From the sequence record KJ019143.1: a stretch of DNA of 64,000 nucleotides, one strand, 5' to 3'. This document shows, piece by piece, positions 17,922-29,000 of the stretch. The number at the start of each line of letters is the position of its first letter. The stretch's first letter is position 1. The translations under genes and the position numbers were made by a program. The notes beneath the pieces were generated by a model. It was not told the origin of the DNA, made no database searches, and saw only the letters and a program-made list of their open reading frames with translations.

Positions 17922-19427
17922 ATGGATCTCCAATCATATATCCAACTTAAAGAGGCGTACACCAACGTCCACTCCCCAAAGGTAGAAGTCACTAGAGAAG
18001 AAGTTGATGCTTTCATTGATGCTCTACTGGAAGAAGGATACGATCTAAGTGAGTTCACTTGGGAGGAAGTCCGTGATGCTTACCTAGAAGAGGGTGTTGC
18101 TAATAATCCTCGTTGGGGAGTTATTGGTCAAGGTGCAAGACTTCTTCAGAAAGGTTTTGGTAACAAACAACAGGGAGATGCTGCTAGGGATTATGAGACA
18201 TCTGTAAATAATATTAATAGTCGTAGAAATCAAAATTCTAGTACATCAACCGCAACTGCTAACGAGATTGCAGCAGAAACCAAAGGTAGGAAAGCTCAGA
18301 CAGGTGGTGGATCTAGTTCTAGTGGATCTAGTTCTAGTGGATCTGGTGGATCAAGTCTCTCTGATTCTGTTGCTAGAAAACAGAAAGAGGCTGATGCCAA
18401 ACGCGCAAGACAAAGGGAGACTGGTGGAACTGGAGCCACCGACAATAAGCCCGCTGGTGGTTCTGGTGGCTCCGGTGGTTCTGGCGGTTCTGGTGGCTCC
18501 GGTGGTTCTGGTGGATCCGGTGGCGGCAGTAATAGACCAGTAGCAAAGGCTAAGCCAGTACAGACAGCACAACAGAAGGCAGACTCTTCTACTAACGCAC
18601 AGTATGACAAGTTGAGGAAGTCTGATCCAGCTGCCGCTAAGAAGTTTGGTATGGCTGCATCACAGAAGAAGTTTGGTAATCAACTAAAGCCAAAGACTCC
18701 AAATCCATTGATGAGGGGTATGAATACTGCTTCTACTAAGCCAGCAACTACTCCTAAGCCAGCAACTACTCCTAAGCCAGCAACTACTCCTAAGCCAACA
18801 ACTCCAGTATCAGACTCATCTCCTGTTAGGGCAATGAGTAAGACTACCCCCACACCAGCTGCCTCCAAGCCAAAGGCAACACCTATCAAGTCAAGTCGCC
18901 TAAACAAGGCACTATCCAGTGTTGGTGAAGCAGTGGAATTTGATTCCTTTGATATCATCCTAGAATACCTAGTTGATTCTGGTTTCCCACAACAGGAAGC
19001 TCTCGTCATCATGGCGGAAATGCCTGAAGAGAAACGCGAAGAGATTCTCGAAGCTATGAAGCATCGTGACGCCAAGACTGGTGAAGTCACAGACAAGCCT
19101 GAAATTGGCAAGACATACTACCCCCATGGTGAGCGTCAGAAGTCTTCTGTAGCTCTTCGCAAAGAGAAGGAGAGGGCAGATGCTAAAAAGAAATCAGTGA
19201 AGGAGGATAGAGCTTCCCTCGCAGATGCCTATCGGGCAGTTTATTCTGAGGAAGCTTCCGATACTAAAAAGGATAAGCACCTAGAGCGTGGTGGTCACTC
19301 TGCTAAGACTGACTATAGTAAGCCACCTTCTACTGGTAACACCTTCGGTAAGAAGCCATCTATGAGTGAGGAAGATCGTAGTGAGGCTATGGCTAAGATT
19401 GTGGCTAGAATGAAAGGTAAGAAATAA
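17922..19427 (+). CDS. Late, low-complexity protein; probable internal head/virion protein
   Basis: Late promoter. Acidic helical motifs 'LKEAYTNV', 'EEGYDLSEFTWEE', 'FDIILEYLV' and 'LADAYRAVY' flank GGS and KPATTP repeats. Confidence 0.6.
   Translation: MDLQSYIQLKEAYTNVHSPKVEVTREEVDAFIDALLEEGYDLSEFTWEEVRDAYLEEGVANNPRWGVIGQGARLLQKGFGNKQQGDAARDYETSVNNINSRRNQNSSTSTATANEIAAETKGRKAQTGGGSSSSGSSSSGSGGSSLSDSVARKQKEADAKRARQRETGGTGATDNKPAGGSGGSGGSGGSGGSGGSGGSGGGSNRPVAKAKPVQTAQQKADSSTNAQYDKLRKSDPAAAKKFGMAASQKKFGNQLKPKTPNPLMRGMNTASTKPATTPKPATTPKPATTPKPTTPVSDSSPVRAMSKTTPTPAASKPKATPIKSSRLNKALSSVGEAVEFDSFDIILEYLVDSGFPQQEALVIMAEMPEEKREEILEAMKHRDAKTGEVTDKPEIGKTYYPHGERQKSSVALRKEKERADAKKKSVKEDRASLADAYRAVYSEEASDTKKDKHLERGGHSAKTDYSKPPSTGNTFGKKPSMSEEDRSEAMAKIVARMKGKK
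18456..18530 (+). repeat. 9-nt tandem repeat encoding (GGS)n
   Basis: GGTGGTTCT/GGTGGCTCC units. Confidence 0.9.
18738..18791 (+). repeat. Three exact 18-nt repeats encoding KPATTP
   Basis: AAGCCAGCAACTACTCCT x3. Confidence 0.9.
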
Positions 19428-19439
19428 TAGTGTTATAAT

Positions 19440-19471
19440 AACCCCATAGGTCCATTCCCATGGGGTTTTTT
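19440..19471 (+). terminator. Intrinsic terminator overlapping an extended -10 element
   Basis: AACCCCAT/ATGGGGTT stem plus T run; TGTTATAAT at 19431-39. Confidence 0.7.
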
Positions 19472-19505
19472 GTTATGAATACATAAAACTAAATGGACTT
19501 ACTCC

Positions 19506-19880
19506 ATGAATACATATGGTTCTCCTGAAGGCTATCTCTTTAACCTTCATACCTGCTCAGCATCAGAAGCGAAGCGAATGTGGAAAGAATCTATAAAGAA
19601 TGATTGGAAACATAAATGTGCTTATTGTGGATCGGAACATGAAATTACTTTAGATCATATAGTACCCAAAGCGAAAGGGGGTACTAGTCATACAACCAAT
19701 GTCGTAGCTTGTTGTCGTTCTTGTAACGGGAGTAAGGCATATGAGGATTGGATTATCTGGTATATTCAACAGCCGTTCTTCACTGAAGAGAGGAGGGAGG
19801 CTATTGAAAAGTGGATGGAGAAGGGCCTCCTCAACAATAACTTAGTTGCATATCCACCCAGAAGAAATGTCGTTTATTGA
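19506..19880 (+). CDS. HNH endonuclease (McrA-like, Zn-binding)
   Basis: 'CAYCG', 'TLDHIVPKAKGG' and 'NVVACCRSCNGSK'. Confidence 0.9.
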   Translation: MNTYGSPEGYLFNLHTCSASEAKRMWKESIKNDWKHKCAYCGSEHEITLDHIVPKAKGGTSHTTNVVACCRSCNGSKAYEDWIIWYIQQPFFTEERREAIEKWMEKGLLNNNLVAYPPRRNVVY

Positions 19881-19886
19881 GTCTTT

Positions 19887-20015
19887 ATGGATTCCTATCA
19901 CCCGTCTAGGGCAGATCAAGAACTAGAACTAGAACAGCAAGAACTAAAAACAATCATAGGAGGATCTATACTATCCTTCTTCACTGTACTTATACCTTTT
20001 ATTATACTTCTCTAA
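19887..20015 (+). CDS. Membrane protein, 42 aa, not in ORF track
   Basis: MDSYHPSRAD...SILSFFTVLIPFIILL with a C-terminal TM helix. Confidence 0.5.
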   Translation: MDSYHPSRADQELELEQQELKTIIGGSILSFFTVLIPFIILL

Positions 20016-20034
20016 AACCTTTCAGTTCAGGCGA

Positions 20035-20042
20035 TATAAATA
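20035..20042 (+). promoter_or_regulatory. T4-type late promoter
   Basis: TATAAATA upstream of the giant structural gene. Confidence 0.8.
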
Positions 20043-20096
20043 AACCTAAGAAGAGTATATGCGTTCTTCGTCGGATAGCCTGAATCGACAAAAGAG

Positions 20097-23000
20097 ATGA
20101 TCTCAACAGCGACTAAGATTAAATTTAAAAGGTCTGGTGTAGCCGGACGTAGACCCTCCTTAGCTGATCTTCAGTTAGGTGAATTGGGGATCAATTATAA
20201 CGATGGTAAACTATTTTTCCGACAGGAAAATGAAGTAGTTGGCTCTCGTATCATTGAACCTGGACAGGGTGATGTAATCGGTAAGACTATTTTCGTATCC
20301 ACAAAGGGTAACGATAACAATAGTGGTCTTAACGAAAGAGATGCCAAGAGAACTGTTAAAGCGGCCGCCGCAGTAGCAGAACCTGGTGACTCCATCAAAC
20401 TGTATCCAGGTCAGTACATCGAAGATAACCCTATCGTATTTAAGGATAGGGTATCTGTAGAGGGTATGGAGCTTCGTAACGTTCTCGTTACTCCAGCCAA
20501 CCCCAGTAAAGACTTGTATCAAGTTGGTGAGGCGTTCCACGCTACCAACCATTCCTTTGTGTCCAATAGGGATTCAACAGATGGTGCCTCTATTATCACC
20601 TATCGTCCTCTAGAGGGAACTGCGTCTGACAGGTATTTTGACGCGGCTAGACTCATCAGGGACAATCTTAGCTTCATTGCTAACGAGACAGTAGGTTTCC
20701 TAACCAGTGGATATTCAGGCTTTGCCGCTGGTCAGAGATCACAGGACGCTGCTCGTGCTCTAGAACTAAACAAGAACTTCATAGTAGAAGAAGCATTTCA
20801 ATATATCAACTCTCCTGATTATACAGGAGCCACATACTTCAACCCAGACCCAGCACAGTGTAAGAGAGACCTAGGAAATATCATTGATGGTTGGAGATAT
20901 GATCTCATCTCTGATGGTAACACCAGATCTACTGGTCTTGGTCTAACCTACTACGCACCTATTCCCTTTGTGAATAGTGCTAATGTTGCTGACCTTGTAT
21001 ACAACAGAAATAACGGTGATGTTCTAATTGAAACCGACGTAGATACACAGGTTTCAGTTGGTGAGAAGATCAAACTACAGGATATCAGACTAGAGTGTGG
21101 TTCCTACAATAACGACTTCTTTATCACTGGTTTCAAGTATGATAACACCAGTGGTATTGGAACAGTTAATCTACCCTTTATCCATAACGTCAAGGTTGGA
21201 GACCTTGTTAAGTTTGATGGTTTAGAGTTTGATTGTCCTGCCTATGGTGCCATTGAATATGGTATCCAAGACTTCAAGTATAATGAAACTACTGGTGGAA
21301 GTGTTGTCACACTCACCGAAGATCATGATCTAAAGATTGGTGACACCATTGAACTAAGAGACCTTCAGTTCGATTGTCCCGCCTATGGTGGTGACTTCAC
21401 TAACATCATCAACCTAGAATACAATAAGACCAGTGGTCAGGGTGTTATCACATATGACAAACCCGCCGATCTCAAGTCTGGTGACGTTGTTATCCTCTAT
21501 GACCTCACACTAACTTGTGATGCTTATGGTAACGCTATCTCAGTTACTGATTTCTCTTATGATAACTTCACTGGTATCACTGAAGTAGAAGTAAATAGAC
21601 CCCACAACCTCCGTCCCGGAGACCTAATCAAACTAGAGAACCTTAAGTTCTCTTGTGATTCCTACCTTAATGAAACATACAAGGTCTCTAACTTTGTATA
21701 TAATGAGAGCACTGGTGATAGTGTCCTCACCCTAACTGAACCACATAGTTTAGTTGCTGGTAAGAACGTCAGACTTGCTGACCTAGTTTTCTCCTGTAAC
21801 TCCTATGTTCCAACCGCTAAAGCAATCTCTGATTTCCAGTATGATGAAGTAGTTGGTATCTCTACTATTACTCTAGCATCTCCACACAACTTATCAGTTG
21901 GTGAGCAGTTCAGACTAGAGGATTTAGTATTCTCCTGTAACTCATATTCCTTCACTGATATTCCTATCATTGATGCACCATATGATAATGTAACTGGTTA
22001 TGTAACCCTATCGTTCTCTGGTGACCACGGACAACAGGTTGGTGAGAGAGTAAGACTCAGAGATATTGAGTACTCCTGCCCTGGTGGTTCAGGTATCACT
22101 ACAACCTTGTTCCCCGATGGAACCTTTGGTTATGAGTTTGAAATCCTAAGTGTTCCAAACACTAAGAAGATGATTCTTAATGTTGGCACCTCCACTATTG
22201 AACACTCCTATGTGAGTGGTGGTACTGCTACCGTTGGTATTACAACTACTATCTTCCCTGATGGAACACAAGGTTTCGACTTCAATGTATCCAGTGTTAA
22301 TAGTTCCACTGTTATCGAAGCAAGTGTTGGTATTTCTACCATCGCTCACAACTATGTTTCTGGTGGATCATTATTCGTTGGTTTCACTACCACAGTATTC
22401 CCCGATGGAACACAAGGTGATACCTTCAGAGTTAATTCTATTCCTTCTAGCACTCAAATCAGTGTTAATGTTGGTGTATCTTCTATCGCCCATACTTTCG
22501 TATCCGGTGGTACAGCAACTGACCTAGACTCTTTCATCCCTGTATCTGGTTTCACCTACAATGAAGGTGACGGAACTGGACTAGTATCCCTAGACAAGGC
22601 ACACAACCTAGTGGTTGGTGACTCTTTTGTTCTAGAGGATCTTAAGTTCAACTGTAACTCCTACAGAACAGGTGGTACTTCTACTATTGATATCACTAAC
22701 TTTGAGTATGATAAGGTAACCGGACTATCTACAGTCACACTATCTTCTTCACACAACCTACATGTTAATGATACCGTAGCACTATATGATATCAAGTTCT
22801 CTTGTCCTGGTGGTTCAGGTATTACAACTAATATCTTCCCCGATGGAACCAGAGACAACTTCTATGATGTAGTTGCTGACCTAAACCCCAACCAGATTAT
22901 TGTTCGGGTTGGTAAGTCTGACATTACTCACACATACGCTAGTGGTGGTAGTCTATCCGTTGGTATCACTACTAACATCTTCCCTGATGGAACTAGACCT

Positions 23001-26000
23001 TCTGGTGACTTCTTCCAGGTTATCTCTGTTCCTTCTACCAAGTCTGTTCTAACTCAGGTTGGTCTATCCTCTATCGCTCACTCATACGCAAGTGGTGGTA
23101 AGTTCTACACTGGTATCACTACTAATGTATTCCCACAGGTATTCACCGACCCCAACATCAAGGTAACCAACGCTGTATATGACGAAGTATCTGGTGTTAT
23201 CACCATTACTACTAACAAGGCACACGGACTTACCGCTACCGCACCTGTTCTACTACAGGATCTAAACTTCTCTTGTCTCTCTGGTGGTGTAGGAAACACC
23301 CCAGGCAACCTTGTGTTCCCCAGGAACCAGGAAGTTTATGATGTTGTGTCCGTTCTATCTACTACACAATATACGATCAATGTAGGTCCTTCTGACTTCT
23401 CTCACACTTATGTTGATGGTGGTACTTCTACCACACAGAACATCACTAAGGCATCCTACAACAAAGGAACTGGTGATCTAACAGTAACCCTAGACAAGCA
23501 ACACGGTTATTCAGTTGGTGATCGTGCTAGTGTGGTTGATCTCCTCTTCTCCTGTCAGTCTGGTGGTCCTAACAACCAACCTGGAACACTTCTATTCCCT
23601 CGTCCTACTGATGAGTATGAAGTTCTATCTGCAAGTGGTAAGACACTCACAGTTAATGTTGGAGCGTTCCCATCACTAGTTCATACCTATAAGAATGGTG
23701 GATCACTAACCTATAGTTCTACTGTACTTCCTGTAAGTAACGCAGTTTATGATCAATCAACTGGAGTTCTAACACTCACCACATCAATTGCACTAGGGGC
23801 ACCTGTTGGTTCTACCATTAAGATGCAGGGTCTAAACTTCTCCTGTGCCTCTGGTGGTCCTGGTAATGACGCTGGTGCTATTGTATTTCCAAGACTAGAC
23901 ACTCCTACCTTCAAGGTGAAGGAAGTCAAGAGTGGTGTATCCTATGTTATCAATGTAGGAACCTCTACACTCTCACACACATATACATCTGGTGGTTTCT
24001 CCTCACTCAAGAAGTTGAAGAACGACCCCAATATTTTCAAAGTTATCGACACCCCAACACCTAGTAAGGTTATTACTAATGTCGGTGTATCCTCTATCGC
24101 TCATGACTATGTGAGTGGTGGTAATATGTTCGTGGGTATCACCACTAATGTATTCCCTGATGGAACTCGCCCTGATGGAAGTAGGTTCGAAGTTATCTCC
24201 GCCCTATCACCCAACCAGGCACTCATCAACATCGGTGTTTCTACTATCACCCACAACTACGATAGTGGTGGTAGGATGCAGTATGGTACTACCAATGAGA
24301 GACCTGTTCTAGACTTCCTATACGATGGTCAGACTGGTATCTCCACTGTAACTATTAGAGGAACTCATGGTTTGAACCAGGGTGACCTAGTGAAACTCAG
24401 AGGTCTTGAGTTCGCTTGTACTAACTCACCTGGTATTACAACTACTATCTTCCCAGATGGAACTGCCGCTGGTCTCAATATCTACAAGGTTACTGAGATT
24501 ATTAGTAACAGTACCTTCAAGACAAATGTAGGTAGAGTTGGATTCGATCATACTTACATCCAAGGTGGTTCCGCTTTCGTTGGTATCACTACTAACATCT
24601 TCCCAGATGGAACACAAGGTTACAACTATACAGTTGCCGCCATTCCTAATAAGAATCAGGTAACAGTTGATGTGGGTATCTCCAGTATCCAACATGATTA
24701 TATTCGTGGTGGATCACTATTCTCTGGTAAGACTAACGAGAGAGATATCGCAGACTTCAAGTATGATCACATCTCTGGTGATGCGGTTCTTACCTTCAGA
24801 AAGGCACAGAACTTATTCACACAAGATCTAGTAAAACTTAAGAACCTTCAGTTTGATTGTCCAAACTCTACTGGTATCACTACTACTCTCTTCCCAGACG
24901 GAACCAGAAGTAACCTCTTCCTAATCAAGGAGAGACTAAACCCAACACAGTTCAAACTCAATGTTGGCACTTCACCATTCGGTCATGACTATGTGAGAGG
25001 AACAGGTCAGGCATTCGTTGGTATCACTACTAACATCTTCCCTGATACCAAGACACAACCAAGTAAGTTATTCAAGGTTGTTGATGTCCCAACTCCTACT
25101 ACTATCTCCGCCAAGATTGGTGTATCCACTATCTCCCACTCATATGTTAAGGGTGGTAAGGTATTCGTTGGTATTAACACTGATATCTTCCCTGGAGATG
25201 AGCAAGTATCACCACTAGGTGACACATATACAGTTCAGAGTATCACTAAAGATGGTGAGTTGGTTATCAATGTTGGACTATCTTCTATCAGTCACTCCTA
25301 TGGTGGCGGTGGTAAGGTTCTATATGGACAGAGTTCTGGTAACAACCTACAACATATCACTGGTCCTGGTGTACTAGACGCAACCATCGCCGCTATCGAT
25401 TTCGAGAAACAGGTAGCAATCAACGCACTAAACAACAGACCTTGGGGTTCATTCGTTCCTGAAGAGACTGCTGTTGTGGAGGCGTTCGCCTATGATAACC
25501 AGACTGGTTTCGGAACAGTAACCGCTAGGGGAATCAACGTCAACACTGGTGACACCATCAGGATGAGTGACATTCAGTTTGTTTGTTCTGAGGAGTACGC
25601 AGGTGTAACCACTACCTTCTTCCCTGATAATACTAGACCAGAGGGTCAGTACTTTAGAGTAGAAAGAAGAATCAACATCGATGAGTTTGAAGTTAATATT
25701 GGTGTTTCTACTATCAAACACGTATTCAACTACGAAACAGGTGGTAACGTATATCGTTACAGACAGTCTATTCTAGATGTTAACTACGATAGATCCAGTG
25801 GTATCACTAGTATCCGAGCAACCAAGCATGGTTACAAGGCGAAAGATATCGTGGAACTAGGTGATATCGAGTTCGATTGTCCCGTATTCAAACCTCAATA
25901 TGATATTGAGAACTTTGTTTATGATAACACAACTGGTCTATCCACAGTTACTACTACTGTAGATAACACTATCAAGGTAGGTGACAATGTAAAACTAGCA

Positions 26001-29000
26001 GACATCAAACTAGAGTGTCCTCCATATGGTAACCAGAGAGTTATTGATAACTTTGTTTATGATAACAAGAGTGGTCTTTCCACCATATCACTAACAGCAG
26101 CACACGGACTCAACCTAAGACCTAGACCTTCTGTTTCTATCTCTACCGCCCTCTATGATAACCAGACTGGTATCCTAACCGTTACCACCAATGCTGACAT
26201 CAACTTCACCGATAGAAGTGGTCAGGGTGTTCAACTCAGTGGTCTAAGGTTCTCCTGTGACTCCGCTGGTTTCCCTGGAACTCTCACCTATCCTGAAGAG
26301 AATCTAGTTTATGATATCCTAGAGATTCAGTCTCCTAGTAAGTTTAAGATTAATGTTGGTCTCTCCACTATCGCTCACGAGTATGTGAATGGTGGTGCCG
26401 CTACTAAGGTTGATAGATTCGATGTGAAACTACAGGGTATCAAGTTTGATTGTCCCGCCTATGGAAACACAATCGATGTTACTAACTTCCTATACGATCA
26501 GAGAAGTGGTAACTCACTAGTTACCGTAGATAAGGCACACAAACTATCTGTTGGTGATAACATCAAACTAGCGGATCTCAAGTTCCAATGTGCTCCATAT
26601 GGTAACGATTACAATGTTCTAAACGCAGATTACGACAACACAACTGGTATTATTACAGTAACCACTAACCAAAACATCAACGGTGTTGGTGTTGGTGATA
26701 CTATTCGCCTCTCCAGACTACAGTTTGATTGTGTAGGTAGTGGTCCTGAGTATAATATCACTAACGTATTCTTCAATACTGGTAACAGATCAGTTATTCT
26801 CACAGTTCCTGAAAGACCAATTGGTCTAAACCCAGGTGATGACATTAAACTAACCAATATGTCATACCTAGAAGGTGGTAGTGGTAATGTAGTTGCGTAT
26901 CCAGACGGAAGAGATTCGAGTCTAAACATCTTCCGTATCAATGATGTTCAACCTAACTCCATTCTCCCTGGATACTTCGATGTAACCACAGCGTTCCCCA
27001 ATGTTAAGGATCCTTTCGCGATCTTCAACAATACTGGTAGACTAACCACTGGTATTACTACTAACATTTACCCTGAGAATGTAGGTGCTGAAGGTGGTTT
27101 CTATGAAGTTATCCGCCTAAGACAAGATAACCAGTTTGAGATTCAGGTAGGAACCTCTACTATCACTCACAACTATGTGAGACAAGGACAGATGTTCACT
27201 GGTGTAACCACCAACTTCTTCCCTGGTAACCTACAGAACTCACCTAGAGGAAACATCTTTGAGATTGTGGAAGTTCCCACAGCAACACAGGTGAGAATCA
27301 ATGTAGGTGTATCTTCTATCTCTCATAGTTATGATAGTGGTGGTCAGATGTTTGTTGGTATCACTACTAACATCTTCCCTGATGGAACCAGAGGTAACCT
27401 ATTCCCAGTTGTTGGTGTAGCAAATACACTCACCCTAAGAATCGACGCTGGTGTATCCAGTATTCCTCACAACTATGTTTCTGGTGGAGAACTATTCGTA
27501 GGTATTACAACTAATATCTTCCCTGGTAACTCACAGAACTCACCAAGAGGTAGTATCTTCAAGGTTCTATCTAAGGATAACGAGTGTGGTGCTGATAGAT
27601 TTACTATCAATGTTGGTGTATCTTCCATCACTCACGGTTATGTTGAGGGTGGAACAGTCACCACTGGTGTTACAACTAACAAGTTCCCTGATGGAACACA
27701 CGGATTCAAGTTCCCTGTTATCGATGTTCTAGATGACAACTACTTCACCGTGAATGTTGGTACTTCTACTATCACTCACAACTATATCTCTGGTGGTTTC
27801 ACTAGAAGACTTGAAGTTCCTATCAATAGTTTCGTATATGATAGAGTTTCTGGTCTATCCACAGTGGGTATCCAAAGTCACAGAATGAATATCGGTGACC
27901 TTGTGAAACTTCGTGATGTGAAGTTCAACTGTGATCCATATGGTGGAGAAAAGACTATCTCTGGTGTTGTTTATGATAATACCTCTGGTAGAATGACCGT
28001 TAACACCACTGGTTCTCATAGTCTAAACATCAATGATGTTGTGAAACTCTCCAATATTCAGTTGGATTGTTCCCCATATGGTAACGAGAGAACTATTACC
28101 GCCGCCACCTACAACAGAAACAATGGAAACCTAAGTGTTCAGGTATCTGAACCTCACAACCTCAAGATTAGTGAGAATGTGAAACTTAAAGGTTTAGAGT
28201 TCTCCTGTTCCTCAGAACACGCAGGTGTGACAACAACAATCTTCCCAGATTCAACCGCACCTTCTCTAAACATCTACGCCATCCAGAGTATCACCAACTC
28301 CACAACCTTCATGGTTAATGTTGGAACCTCTACTATCAGTCACAACTATGTTTCTGGTGGTTCCGCTTTCGTAGGTATCACAACTAACATCTTCCCAGGT
28401 GATAGCCAGAACTCCCCCAGAGGTTCTTTCCTCAGTGTGGTAGATATCCCAGCATCAGACGCCTTCGTGGTGAATGTAGGGGTTTCTACTATCTCTCACG
28501 GGTATGTTAGAGGTGGATTGGTTCAGACAGGTATTACAACTGATGTATTCCCTGATGGAACACAGAGTGATTTCTTCAAGATTGAAGATGTCCCTAGTAA
28601 TAATACAGTTGTAATCAACGCAGGTATCTCTTCTATCATCCATAGATACAACTCTGGTGGTTTCGCCGCCAAGTATGTTACCTATCAGTCCAATAACTCA
28701 CAACTACTTGATAGTTCTGTTATTAGAGTGAGTGGTGATTGTATGGCAGTTGGTGAGAGAGTTGAAGAACTCGCAGGTATTGTTACCTCCATCATCAAGA
28801 ATGGTCCTTCAATCGCACCTGGTGGTATTCCAGTAGATGTGGTAAGTGCATCCTACGACCAGTCTGGTGGAGCACTATCAGTCACAGTCAAAGACGCAAT
28901 TGACCTCACACCAACTAACATAGTTAGAATCGAAGGTCTTATCTTCGAGTGTGAGTCCTCTGGTGTAACAAACACTCGTGTATATCCTGACAATAAGGTA

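Noticed and set aside
20025-20083. TTCAGGC/GCCTGAA stem spanning the late promoter (T4-style early-transcript occlusion)
   Set aside because: Only 7-8 bp over a long loop and it does not cover the ribosome-binding region.
20097-20230. Mtd-like N-terminal module suggesting a diversity-generating retroelement
   Set aside because: No reverse transcriptase and no template/variable repeat pair with adenine-specific differences in this window. The collar-gene 3' repeats differ mostly at non-A positions.
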